A stretch of 64,000 nt of DNA from Balanoglossus misakiensis (Eukaryota; Animalia; Hemichordata), in NCBI GenBank assembly GCA_040954595.2, contig CM082598.2, positions 9,377,097 through 9,441,096 on the forward strand. Direction: 5' to 3'. Under the pieces are notes generated by a model. That model saw nothing but the letters and a program-made list of their open reading frames with translations. It made no database searches and was not told the DNA's origin. The translations under genes and the position numbers were made by a program. Positions within the stretch are counted from its first letter, which is position 1. Each line of letters starts with the position of its first letter. Below, one piece after another: positions 12,466 to 25,640 of this stretch.

Positions 12466-15400
12466 TATAAGTAACAGTAATATCAGAGAATTAGGCAAAG
12501 TCTGTGTGTGCGAAGCTATCATGAAGAAATCCAACAGATCTCATCAGTGGTCGTATTAATGCCAAAATATTTGACAAAAAATTATCTACAATGGAAAATT
12601 AGGGTAGGCCCTACACTGATGTAGAGCTTAGGCTGAGCCAAAACAACCAATGTGGACACACTAGGCCAGCCTAGTTTGGCATTGGTGGAAAGGGGCTAAC
12701 GGTCAGCCTAAGATTTTATACAGTCCATTGTCTCATGTACCACACAGACCTGACTTTCTTACATTTTACCTTTTGATAAACACCAGCAAAGACTAGAAAA
12801 TTACGGCAACATTGAACTACTGCCACAAACTGAAATGCCAGCTCGAAACTATGTGAAATGGGTTAGTTATCTTACCAAAGTTGGTTTTGTAACACTCTAA
12901 TAATATTTACGGTAAGTTGGTTACATTGTCTCTAATGACCTGTTCAGTGAATGAACGTTCAACCACACACAACTTCCATCTCTCTTATAGACAGGAGAGT
13001 GAAAAAACTCGCCAAAATGAATAATCGTTCTTTACCATTTATTCATTTTGGGCGAGTTTTTACTCTCATATCCTACAAACGAAATGGAAGTTGTGTGTGG
13101 TCGAATGTTGATTCACCATATATCCACATGTAGAATCACATAAACGGCGTCTTGTATCAAACATAATTAATGGAAAAAGGCCAGCGAGAGAGAGACTTTG
13201 TCCCTTTAAACCGCATGCCAGATTCCTTTACAATACAATTTGGTAGGCATGTTCCTAGGGATAACCCAAGTAAGATGTTGCTAAAAAAATTCTGATATTT
13301 GCATAAATGTGTTATTGGGGAAATTTTTTCCAATTTTTGTCAAAAATTGTTTTCTCTGAAACCGCGTGTCACATTGCATTGAACTTTGGCAGGCGTGTTC
13401 CTTATAGTGATTGAAGTAAGATATTGTACAATTTTGGTGATATTTGCATATTTGTATTTTTGCCACTGTTGAACAAATATTTTCTTGAAAACTGCTTTGA
13501 AATTGGTTTTTTCTCTGATTGCTTTGAAATTTAGGATACAATTTCATAACACATACATGTGCAACTTTTATTCAATTCTGATATTAGAAATATTCAATAT
13601 TTAGCCAGTTTTTTTGTAAGTTTCTTTGTTTTTGGTTAGCAAATCTTCTCCTAAACCAATTGTCCAGTTGTTTTGAAAGTTACTGTTTACAAGGAGTTGT
13701 TACCCCCAACTTGGACATGTTTACATAACTTTAATAGGCTAGCTGTTATACCATTCAGCTATTAAATTTTGAATTACCAGTGGCAGGTCAGTGAGCGTCT
13801 TTGTCTGTCTGTGTGTGTCTGTCTGTCTGTTCCAGGGCTGATTGAAAGAAGTTGCTTGTCATATGTGTTTGTACAGACAATTTTTGGTCAAAAATAAATT
13901 TTTCTCGCACCTGTAAGACTGCCATGACACATGGCAGTTTATTGGGCATGTTACTTGTTAATTTTTTAAATTCGATATTTCTATATGGTTAAATCATATC
14001 TGCTTGGAATGTCACCTGTAATTTTTATTCTGGTGTGTCACTGTTTCCGCATAATCCTCAAATGGGACCACAGTGTCCTTGACGCTATTTTTTACATTGC
14101 GTGAACAGTTTCTATCATAAATTGATACTTTTGTAAACTTTATGTGCAAACTAATTATTTTCGCAATGATTTGTGAATGCTGACAACCTCTGTACGCATA
14201 TCAACCCATGCGCTTAATTTTGCCTACCCTACACACAAACGGTTTACACTTTCGCCAAATTCATGTCAACACGAAGTATGCGACACAAAGTGTGACAATT
14301 TCAAGGACTGTTGTCCTCGCACTGACCCACTTTCTGTTATACTTGGAACATCTGAAACTCTTTCTGATTTTTTGTTTTTCTATTTGGCGTGGTCTTGCCA
14401 TGAAATGAAAGAAATGACTGTGAACCAGATTTGAATAGGTTCCTCAAATAACCACTCCTTGCATACATATACTAAATGTAATTTTTATCCTAAATGGTTT
14501 ACATGGAACACCATAGATATGACATCAAGAGCATTATCTATCGAAACTAATTAACTCTCCAATGAAGAAAAACAAATGGAGAGAAAAAAACGCTGAGTAG
14601 GATCTAGCCTAGACAAAAATGCCTACTTTGTAACCGCGCGCACATGTCAATCGATCGTATACAACAGCGGCTGTGGACCCTGTTGTGACTGGTTCTGGAG
14701 GCTCAGTTAAAAAACACGGCCCAAACACGCAGAGTTACGACTGATCTGTGATTAAAAACATGCATTGCCATACGTTCACCTCTAAATTCAACCCGAACTA
14801 AAGTACAATTAGCTAAGAACACCGAGGAGATACTTCCGTATTAGTCTGCCTCACATGAATGAGCAAATGATCTACCGTACACAGACGCTCATTATACATG
14901 ACCTGCCACTTTTAACCAATAGACGCAGCTCTGTGGTATCACATGACATTATTATTGAGTTGATCTTCACACGTGAGAATTTCCCGCCATGTCACCAGAC
15001 TTGACATTTACGCCCATTTTTTACCATATTGGGGCATATCTGCCAACACAAAACTTTAAGGGGAGTGACAAATGACATGTTGCATTCAATAAAATAAAAC
15101 TGGATTGGACAATGCGGCGCTAAATGCTCACATGACCGAAATCCGGTGTGTGTCAATCAATGGTTTTCTATGCATGTCTTCAAACTCACGCGTTTCAAAA
15201 CAAAATCTGGGTAGGCAGCAAACGGAGAGTTGCATTTTGAAGCTGAAAGTTCCCTGGAGTAAACCATGTCTGGTTGTAGGGGTTTGCACTCTCCTAATGG
15301 CTCAAACATTCGAATAAAATGGACTCAAAAATAATAGCATTTTCTATATTTTTCCTCATATTTATATTATCCTACGGGCACATCTTACCATTTGACTGCA

Positions 15401-15719
15401 CAATTGACTATTAAGTATTATGGAATGAAAGGTAATATCAGAAGGGCGTATTTTTCATACAAGATTGCCGATATGATTTTTAGACCAAAAAGCACAACAT
15501 ATCGAAGAGAGGCCTGTCAATCCCGCGGAAAATGCACTCTCTATTTGGTCATGCGGTGAGGACTCATACGGAACGTGCAGCATCATAGGACCCGCTTACC
15601 AGGACAGTCCATGACTTCCCAAACATGATAGTTGCAGCTTTTTTTGCACAGAGTTGACGCCAAGACCAAGATTTTGCCCTAAAATTGACAAAATATTCGG
15701 ATTTTGCCCAATATCGACT

Positions 15720-16036
15720 ATTATATTATACCAGTATATTGATGGTGTAAATCACGCTATTTGATTGGTCGAGACACGACACGTGACCGTGATATATTAG
15801 CCATATACCACAGTCATATATCATAGTCAAAGAAAATGCCTTTTTAAAATGTTTTATGCAAAGTTTCAATATACTGGCATAATATAATAGCAATAAAACA
15901 CCCCCAGCCATGGTATACCACGAGATTTTGACCAGTTCAACTCCATATACGCACTCGCTATCGCTCGTGCGTATATGTCGTGAACTGGTCAAAATCTCGT
16001 GGTATACCATGGCTGGGGGTGTTTTATTGCTTAAAC
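15720..16036. mobile_element. TSD-less double-hairpin element (Crypton-like architecture), copy 1
   Basis: 18 bp IR (15725-15742 / 15866-15883) followed by a perfect 51 bp stem (15889-15939 / 15981-16031); identical copy at 33130-33446. Confidence 0.7.
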
Positions 16037-16437
16037 GTAAATTGGCTACATTTCTGTCGACAGCAAGTGCGCTCAATGAGCCCAGTTGACCTTATTTTCG
16101 TTTATTTACATACTGAGGTACGTTTAATCCACATAAATCGGCAATCCTGTCTTTAGACCAAAAAGCACAAATGTTGAAAGTCAAGTATGCTTTAAATTAA
16201 GGAATTTTAGCAACCTTAATAGAGAGTGAAAAAAATATGTTTTGAAAAATGTATTTTTAGCAACAAATTACTGTACAACGTTCGTCAGACATGCAGTCGA
16301 CACCTCCAATCCTCATAATAGTTAATTCATTTCTAGTTTACGACAAAAAACGTAACTTAAAATCGCCAATATCGCTACCGGAAGTTGGGGCTATCGTGCA
16401 GACTGTACCCAAAAATGTACTCAACAGAGTAACTTAC

Positions 16438-16492
16438 CTTGGCTATACACAGGATAGCTGTAACTGTCACAAACAGTGAAAGCAGGCCATTT
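16438..16492 (-). CDS. Orphan 7TM-like protein, coding exon 2 (NGLLSLFVTVTAILCIAK)
   Basis: Pyrimidine tract + CAG acceptor, AAG|GTAAGT donor; phase 2 in, phase 0 out, matching both neighbours; hydrophobic TM1. Confidence 0.88.
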
Positions 16493-18591
16493 CTGTCAAT
16501 GAAAGAGAAGAGAAAATCAATGGGTGCTCCTCTAAAACCTTTTCCGATTTCCAATATATAACACTCGGTTTTATTGTAATTAAAATAGGCTGAATTTTCA
16601 TGAATGTCGATCGCCCACAATTATGAGGAACAATGACTTCCGGGTTTGTCTTGTAAAATCAAACTCAGTTTTCTCCAAATTTAAAACGGTTTAGTTTTCA
16701 AAATTGTGATTATAATGCATTGAGGTTCGATTTAACTAATTTATAAACTAAAGCAACTGAACCAACGCAATTTTTTGCGTAATAGAGCTATTTGTAAACC
16801 ATGTGCATTGACGGCAAATCTAAGATGGCGTCGTCCTTACAGCCATAGGAATACGTGTGAACCTGAAATGTGTACAAACGCTTTTTGGCAATTGTTCCAT
16901 TATATTCGGTGATTCGTATCAGGAAATTTTGTTTTCAAATTCTGCAACATTCTAATTGTCCGCGGTAAGTTTGGGATACAGAAATGAATGGGAATATCAT
17001 CTGGAAATAACACATACACGTATGCATGTACCTCACAGTTCATGTATTAACATAACATGGCACATATTTTTTCAAATGTCATCAATTTAGTAGTCATAAT
17101 GTTTTGTCACAGACCATTGTTCAGTTCTAATAGTAACTCATCTTTTCAACAGAAAGCCTAAAATGTCAGTAAGATTGCATAGTCTTGCAACAAGTACTCC
17201 AACTCCAAGAAAACTAAAGAAACTGATATGTGAAGAGGAGACCAATAGTACAACAGCAAATAGACTAACAGAAGATGATCTCTGTGAACAAATTTTGCAA
17301 ATGGACAAGACTAGTCTGTGACAATCTTCACAGCATGTAAACTGAGTGTAATAACAAGACAACATGGTAATGTCCAATCCATAGTGTCTTCCAGTCCAGT
17401 TACTTTGATTTAAAGATTCACAGACTGAGTAATTTTTGCAACTGTGAATATCATTTGTGAGCCATATGTGCAATTTATAACACTTCAGTGAGTGATAACC
17501 AAGAAAACTTGTCTATACACCATTGCATGAGTTAAATAACATAATGCAAGACGAAGGGACCTATACATGTATACATCAAAGTGTGTATATAATTATAGTG
17601 ACTCATTTTGAGTGAATAAATAATTATTTGTCAAATTATCGGACCGTTTGTCTTACCTGTGTAAATATGAATGAAGGGCTGTACTAGTTATTAAAGACTG
17701 ACGACAACCCCACCCCCCCTAGTAACTGAATTATTCTCCACAGCAAGGCCAAGATTAGTTTTATACACAAGCCTTGAGGCATTTTTCACAAATTCACTTG
17801 GCATAGGGCAAGTAACTTTACTTGTAAGAACACTGCACTTGTCCAGTTGATTAAAAAATTGACATTCTTTCATATCCATGTGTGTGCGGGCGCGCATTTG
17901 CAATCACTGGGGGAAGCACTGTATGTTCATAGCATTGTGTAGTCAATGACTTCTATACCAGCAAAGTACTTTAATTTAAACAGGAACATTGCATAGCAAT
18001 ACCGGTTGGCCTTTGAAAAATTCCTGGGGAATTTCCAAGCTAAAAAGTTGCAACATTTCGAAAAATTCCATTTACAAGAATTTACTGATAAATATTTGAA
18101 TTGAAAAATAAAATGCCACGCCTTGAACAGTGGATAACCGATTGTACTTGGCAGACAGCACAAGTAGATCAGTACTGGTGTAAACCACGAACTCACACGT
18201 TTAGCGCAGGTCAAAGGTCGCTTGCCCGTCGGTCAAAAGACTTCATTTTTCACTTACCCGGGCGTAAATTACACATTCTGATTTAACGTTTTTTAGCCAC
18301 TTTTCAATAATAAAAAACTAACAAAGCCTTGTTAAAAATGGTTTGGATACACGACGAGCTCACACCGGAAGTGAACGGTGTCTCGCAAGAGAATGAAAGC
18401 CTGAGGCTGATATGGTTACGATTCGTCACTAGAGGGCGTTTACGTTGCAGACACCGCCTGAGCTATACATTTAAAGGAATGTTCTCTTTCAAACCTATTT
18501 GTTCAAACAACATCCATACTTGAGAAAAACAGGATAGAATACTGTGGCCCTTTCTCTGTATGATTTCCCAAGAAATAAATTACATGTTCTT

Positions 18592-19380
18592 GTTAGGTCC
18601 CATTGGTATAGGCATATATACCATGGGACCTTATGGGATCGGTTGCGTCTGTATGTATGTATGTATGTATGTATGTATGGATGTATGTATGGATGGATGG
18701 ATGGATGGATGGATGGATGGATGTCTGTATGTCCGTCCAAATCTTGACAGCCGGAACGCAGGTTGCTCTCATAGAGGGCGCGCATTAAGCAGAGGTCACG
18801 TGATAAATTTCAAAATGTCAGCCTCCAATCATGAAAACAACACCATCAGAAATCAGGCCGTGTATCTTCGGATATCCTCGTGTTTTTTTTTAAACGACGA
18901 TTTGATTGAGGAAAGTGGTCCTCCAACTGTATCGTGTTCAATTTTTGTGTCTTCATAAGGTCAGATAATTACGCTAGTAGTTTTTTACGAGATCGTAGTG
19001 TTGTTTGTTTCGTCGTAAAAATTGCCATTTTCAATGTTTCGAGGCGAATATTTCGAAAACTGCAAGTGGTCCCCAAAAAACAATGTGTTCGAACCCTAGA
19101 TTGTTTACTTAAAGCTGTAATACTGGAAAATGTTACCTTCCTTGGAGCTTTTATAAAAATTTGCTGCACATCTTAGTGAACCAAATACAAGTGGGATCTG
19201 GTGTATCGTACGTACAAGTATACGGCGCTAACTTTACCCCGTGTGATACCATTACTTCGTGGGGGAGGCCGAGGGGGGTTGTGAGGGTGAATGTTTGGGT
19301 TGTAATTGAAGTAGTCATTGCCAAAAATATGCAAATTAGCTGGAAAAATGTGAATTTGGTCAGAACTTGAAGTTACTCAA
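18592..19380 (+). mobile_element. HINE/DINE-1-like element; inverted copy at about 9125-9388
   Basis: Terminal hairpin AGGTCCCATTGGTAT...ATACCATGGGACCT followed by (TATG)n(GATG)n; distal motif GCAAATTAGCTGG...TTGGTCA shared by both copies. Confidence 0.65.
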
Positions 19381-20160
19381 GAATTACTGGTCAGATTGCT
19401 TTGCAAAGTGGTGTGTATTTACTTTATTGAGTTATTTTAATTAGGCAAGAACCCCCTCCTGTGATTTATATACACAAATTCCTGCATGATTACATAACTG
19501 GCTAAGTTTTAAAGAGGCCAGCTGTTCCATTTAGTGTATGTACAGTACATATGCCATTGGCAGCTTATGGGTCAGTCAGTGTTTGCCCATTGATCTCTTG
19601 CTATGTGTGTGTGTGTGTGTGTGTGTCTGTACATGGCCATGTACTCCGGTGTAGACTTTTTCTTGTGTAAACCCTCAATGGGACCACCGTGTCCTTGATG
19701 CGATTTTGTTTGTTTAGCAATCAACACCTGCTCAAATTCTGTACTTGTACTCAAATTAACTTTATGATCATACCAAGAAAAATCTTACATACATCATTTG
19801 AACAAGAAACTGCAGTAGATATATGAAGCAAAAAATACTGAAAACATAACGAATTGTAGGGGGGTCACCCTGTTTTGGAATTGGGTGATGGGGGGGGGGT
19901 CACCTTGTTTTGGAAATGCTGAATGGGGGACAAAAAATTGCTTTTGAGTCCACCAAAAATACAGTTTCGAGCACTTTATATTACAAAATCTTCTAATGTG
20001 GGGGGGGGGGGGGGGACGACACCCCCACACCCTCCCCCTTCATTCTTCACTGAACACCTTTCAAACAGAATCCACCCCCCCCCCCCCCCAAGGCTGAAGG
20101 AACTGACCAGTCCTGAGCTTTGAAATAAAGTACGCCATAACACAGTGCAGTAAAACTTAC

Positions 20161-20285
20161 CGAACACAGGCAACAGTGTTGAAATCACAGAAACATCCTT
20201 TCAGAGTCACATCAAGTGTATCATTGCCGATTTTAAACGGAGTATCGTTTGCTATGGTGACTGCCTTGCTGCTATCTATAGACAT
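20161..20285 (-). CDS. Orphan multi-pass (7TM-like) membrane protein, coding exon 1 (MSIDSSKAVTIANDTPFKIGNDTLDVTLKGCFCDFNTVACV)
   Basis: ATG at 20285-20283; GTAAGT donor follows 20161; 125 nt = 41 codons + CG, which joins A of the next exon to give Arg. A CAG acceptor at 20363-20361 implies 5'UTR in the same exon. Confidence 0.85.
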
Positions 20286-20700
20286 CTTGATTTGTACAAC
20301 TCATCTTAACCGAGTTCTTGGGTAGAATTGTTCCATCACATTATTAGGACTGGAATGGATCTGCAACAGAAACCATAATGACACAAACAGTTGCATGCTT
20401 CAGAAATGATGATTCTAAAGTTTAACCCTTTCACTTGTGTGATTTTTTCGTTATTATTGTTTCATGTTGGTTTGTTTACTGTAAGTGAATCTAAACTCGC
20501 ACACCCCACAGCTAAAGATTGACAACTCTGTGGCAGGATTTTTCTGCACCAGGTCTGCATGCAGCCTACCTGCCCTGTCAGGTATGCCGTATGTCTGACA
20601 TGCAAGCCATGCACCAGACCTGGTGTAGTCCTGGTGAAGGACAATACCTGCGCTGCACGATGTACTCGGACATAAATCCCGGTATTTTGTGAATAACCTT

Positions 20701-21228
20701 ATTATTATACACCTTTTCCGGACGTCCTTGATGAACGATAAAGAATAAATAGGCCGCTATCGGACTTTCTAGTTTTCAGACACCGCCATGATGTAATTTG
20801 CATATCGAACGCGCCTTGACCTCGCGCATCAGGTGATGCTAGTGTCGAGCTGCCGATGTCTCGCGCGCGACGTTCTACGCTGCTTGCGCTAAGCTCGTTC
20901 TGGAACTTGAAATGAACGCGCTCGCCTGTTCGTTCACAGATTCCTTCGACTGAAATTTCAGCGTGGATTTTGACTTATTTCGTATCTTGGGTCACCAATA
21001 ATTTTGTTTAATAACGGCTGCGTACTTTTTATATACATTTTTGTCAGAGTAGGGTTAATATCATTGTTTACATTGATCACCGGTCCTGTGAGGTCAAAGT
21101 CACAATGCGTCCAATAACCCTGTGGGTTATGGGACTCCGCGTCCTCATTTAAATAATTATTGTACGGTGATACCGCGAATTATTGTATCACGGAACTCCA
21201 TAGGTTACAGCAGTAGGTGTATAATAAT
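20701..21228. mobile_element. Unclassified TIR element
   Basis: ATTATTATACACCT / AGGTGTATAATAAT 14 bp IR around a CpG-rich interior. Confidence 0.5.
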
Positions 21229-22203
21229 ATCTGTCACTGTGACATAATGGAATAGTTGCCATTTTTACAGACTGTAAATCAATTTTTCTTGAGTTTGGAG
21301 CTGAACTCGATCAGTGCCTATGGCAACTATTTTACTGTCCATTTCTCATTGTAACACATCAATGTGTATCAAACTGGGTTTTTTTTATTCGTTCTGAATA
21401 TATGAGAATAAAATTATTATTTTTATTATAACATATATTTAGTACACAGCAGGTACTTTCAGAGAGTCCTGTAAATTGTCAGTTCCAGGAAATGCGTAAC
21501 AAAATGGATAGTCATTCAATCCATTCTGACTGCACTATTTCCCTGGTTGTTCATAGCAATGTGCATAATAAATTTTAAAACAGAAGTCTAATGATTCTCT
21601 CCCACTATCTGTCCTCCATTTAATAACAAGATGATGGAATAGAAGTGTATGCTGGAGCCTACTTGGCCGTTTTATTTTGCAGTTCTCCAACTTCAATACA
21701 ATGACACAGTACTGGTAAACTGTCAATCATTGGCCTACAAATTTATTAAATTGTTAATTGTGCAAACCAGAACCATGTCAACTCCCTCTTGTGTTCCAAT
21801 GTTTCAGAAATCAGAACTTGTGAATTTTTACTAGAACCAGTAGATTTCATGTATCAATATTCCTGATGTAGACTTTGCCAGGAAATGATGTAAATCCAAT
21901 ACGTGTATAGTTACGGTATATGCAATTTGTAGTGGACGAACCATCATACAAGTAGGCATACATGTTGTATTTTGTGTGTATAACCCTATCTATACACCTT
22001 CATCTTTAGTCCTAAGCAGACCAGAACTGAATATAATTGAACTAAGGCTAAAGAGTGTGCTAAAGATCTTTTTTCAAAGCTTATAACTTTCAATCCATAC
22101 CAACAAAATTGCAAGGATGTATACATATAAGGGACACATAGAGGTCACGAATGTGCCTTAAAAAATACAAACTACACAATGTAGGTGGCAAAGACATACA
22201 TGT

Positions 22204-23695
22204 AAAAATGCAGTTTCGAGCCCTTCATATTACAATTTTTTCTAATGTGGGAGGGGGACGGGACACCCCTTCCCACACCCACCCCTTCATTCATCAACAC
22301 CTGTCATTCATTGACTGGTTTATCTAGTGTACCAGGGCAGGGTACTTGCTCCCCCACCCCCTCTAACTTTGAGCAGCGAGGGTTATATTTGTCTTCCCAA
22401 CATAGTTGGATTTTTCTTATAAAATTTGCTTTTGAGTTCAATAAAATGCAGCTTTGAGCTCTGTATTTTATAAAATTTTCTTTGTGGGAGGGGGACACCC
22501 CCTTCAAACCCACCCCCTACTTCTGTTTACTAAATACTATGTCTGCCAACACAGAATCAAAATACTTAAAAAAAATGTTCAGTTTTAAAACCCACTGATG
22601 AGGGAAGACATCAGTTTCAAATTCTTTTCATAGGAGCGCTGTTGAGATAGGTGATGTTTAGCTGTGTGAAAGAAAATGTTCAAAAATCACCCCCACCTAA
22701 GGGGCCGTTCAGTTTTTATGGCAGGGGGGGGGGCGCGGCAAGTTTGTGTCACCGGTTCTCAAAATCAGGCCAACCCCCCCCCCCCCCTTCACCCAGGACC
22801 AAAAAATGATGACCCCCCCCCCTTTGACAGACCCAAAAATATGATGACCCCCCCCCCCACGCCCAAAACATTCGCCGTCCTGATCCTATGTACACTGTAT
22901 GCAATAAAGGGAATGAGGCTCCTCACACCTCAATTATAAATTTCTTAAAGTAATTGAAGTATACAATAGTATATCGTTGCACTAAAGAAATCTATGAACA
23001 AATGAAAATGACAAGTCAATACAATAGTTGCTAGAATCGGTAAAACAAGAAAAGTGGCGGGGGTGTCCCCCTCCCACATAAGAAAATTTTGTAACATATG
23101 TAGCTCAAAGTTGCATTTTTATGAACTCAAAAGCAAATTATCTCAATGTTTGGGAGGACCAATTTTACTTTTTGCCACTCCACTCAAAGTTAGAAGATTT
23201 GGCGTCATCTTCGTTATTACATCATTTATAAAACTTCTAGTATATAGAAGATGCAGCGCAAAACTATCAGTTATGCGAAATGGTTAAAACGATTATTCTC
23301 CTTTATGTATTACTTTGTTAAATATTATCATCGGTGGGGTTGGGGTGACAAGCACTCTGCCCTGGTACACTAGACAAACCAGCAAAAGCAAAAGTTTGGT
23401 GGCATAAGTATGTGACCCCCCCCCCTAAACGTTTAAAAAAACCAGATGACCCCCCCCCCCCCGTGGACTTCAAAATTTAAGTGACCCCCCCCCTGGATTT
23501 TGCCCCCCACCCCCCCCCCCCACCCCGGCCGTAAAAACTGAACGGTCCCTAAGGGGGGGGGTTCAAAAGTTTTGCAGTTCAGAAGGGGGCATTTCAAAAA
23601 ATGTTGGGTTGCGGAAGGGGGGCATTTGAAAAATAATGGTACAAAATAATGGATTCTCCCGCCCCACCCCTCCAGAGGTGTTTGTGAATGCAGCC
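22204..23695. mobile_element. Left-truncated copy of family A, interrupted by family B
   Basis: Collinear with 3514-4153; ends ...GTGAATGCAGCC at 23695. Confidence 0.7.
22701..23549. mobile_element. PIF/Harbinger-like MITE, family B
   Basis: TIR GGG(G/A)CCGTTCAGTTTTTA; TAA TSD on both sides. Confidence 0.85.
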
Positions 23696-23913
23696 TAATC
23701 AGTTAATGTACTGTGTGACTCATGTATGTATACAAGCACACTTCTGGAATGCTGATTCACTGGGCATATCATGATAAATAAACCATTCACACCTCCCTAT
23801 ATAGCCCTGACTGAGTAGTCGTGTATATTATTGTACGGCCGCCATTGCTGGTTTTCACGATTTTCTGTAAACGGCTAAAACCATTACTAAATCTGAACAA
23901 TCTAAGGCTCCTC

Positions 23914-23977
23914 TAGCTCTGCGTGGCAGGGCTGTGTTGTTACGGCGAGCAACACAGCCCTCTGCCACGCAGAGCTA
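23914..23977. mobile_element. 64 bp TAG...CTA hairpin micro-element
   Basis: TAGCTCTGCGTGGCAG...CTGCCACGCAGAGCTA; flanked by TAAGGCTCCTC / TTAGGCTCCTC (10 of 11 match). Confidence 0.7.
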
Positions 23978-24494
23978 TTAGGCTCCTCCACACCACAGTG
24001 CATGAGTGAACCTTAACTCAATATGGACACTAGAACGCAAAGTTTAAACCATTTATTATAAACGACGGAAGGAATAAAATTTACTTTGTGCAGATACTGG
24101 TGTCGTATAAAAGAAAGTGAACAACACAGTGTAAATAGGTCAATGTAGCCCTACAAGTATGCCCGGCAAGTATGTCGATTGTCGGGTTGAGGCTGTTCAT
24201 TAATGCGGCGAGACTGCGCCGCCGCGCCGTTCGATCCACATTTCATTTGTAGGTTAAGTTTACGATCACATTGGTGATCATCAGTGGTCCAAAGATGTCT
24301 GTAACGTTCCGATCTCTTCCTGGATATGATGGGAGGACTTGAATATGAATTAATTACCATATCGTCAATGTCACCTTGGCGTTGATGTTTTTGTTTTGAA
24401 TTTTAGGCCAACAATGGCGGACTGGACTTAAATCTACATGTATTATGGCTATTATGAGATCTAATGTACACTCACTACTGTGTCCAACACTCAC

Positions 24495-24720
24495 CGTTCG
24501 TCCGATTGGCTTTTCGAATATCACTTAAATAAACAAATTACACACAACAACACTGGATGTTTCCTTATATTTGACGTGATCCTGTCGTGGCTAACAGATC
24601 TTCTGTAATTAAAACAGGCACATACATACGTCCACCTGAATATCACGTAGTCTATCCGTGTGTTTTATTGGCCAATCAACAGCGGGTATTCCCAAACGTC
24701 ATCGTTTTGGAATGTTGCAC
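24495..24720 (-). promoter_or_regulatory. Candidate non-coding first exon and promoter of the 7TM-like gene
   Basis: Minus-strand donor CG|GTGAGT at about 24494; locally CpG-rich; ATTGGCCAAT double CCAAT box near 24668; TGACG half-CRE motifs. The coding exon at 20161-20360 has an acceptor, so an upstream exon is required. Confidence 0.35.
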
Positions 24721-25592
24721 AGAACCTCCTACATGTTGGGCTGCAACAAATACGGCTAGATATTTATACAAATGTACTAGGCTATTTTACACGGACGTCG
24801 ACTCTGCTCTAAACAATCGAGCGTAATAGGCTTTGTTGACTATTTGGTGGCCGTGGAAGACAAAAGATTCCTAGCGGACAAACGTGCATCCTGCCCCGTT
24901 TGGCATGCTTGTATATTTTTCAAGATGTTCCTAAAAGACTATATTTTCTTTAGGCCTATAGAACAATTTCAATATTTGATGAATTGCATAATTTATTAAG
25001 TAATACCAGGTTCACACATGGCTTTTAATTAACTGTGTGCTAAGGTTGCTTTCAAATTTTCTTGAGCCTTGTACTTTTTTCATTTATTTAATAATTTTTA
25101 ATTATTGACTTTTAACTTTTGTGAACCGTTTAGAGCATTTTATGGATTTACGGCATAGAAAAATAATAGTAGTTATTATTATTAAATATTATATGTCAAA
25201 GGTGTGAACCAGCCCGCATAGTTGGAGTTCTTTCCTCCAAAACCATGAAATCACTTTTTGACGAGCGTGAAATATCCTGTTGTCATTCGATTATCACTTA
25301 ACTGAATGTCGACATACAAAACAAGCACTTTTAGGTAGTTTTCTTTCAATTATCAAAGTCTAAAACCCATGAAGGTACAGGCCTATTTTGCAGATCCCGA
25401 CGTATGTACTTGACATGCGTTTTTTTTGCAAACCTTTAAGTTAGAAAAATTAATATTACCCCATTTTGCTAAAATGTTGCAAGATTTTCTGTTGGAATTC
25501 GGATCTTGACGGTTCTTGAAAACATCCTTTAAAATCGTGTCTCATCTATGCTTTATGGGTGTGTGGTTTTATTTTGTTATGTGCTGTTGAAG

Positions 25593-25640
25593 CATAGACC
25601 CTGTTGAAATATTAATAGGACTATTTCTCCAGGGTCTATG
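25593..25640. mobile_element. 48 bp P-like hairpin micro-element
   Basis: CATAGACCCTG...CAGGGTCTATG; flanks GTTGAAG / GTTGAGT. Confidence 0.5.
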
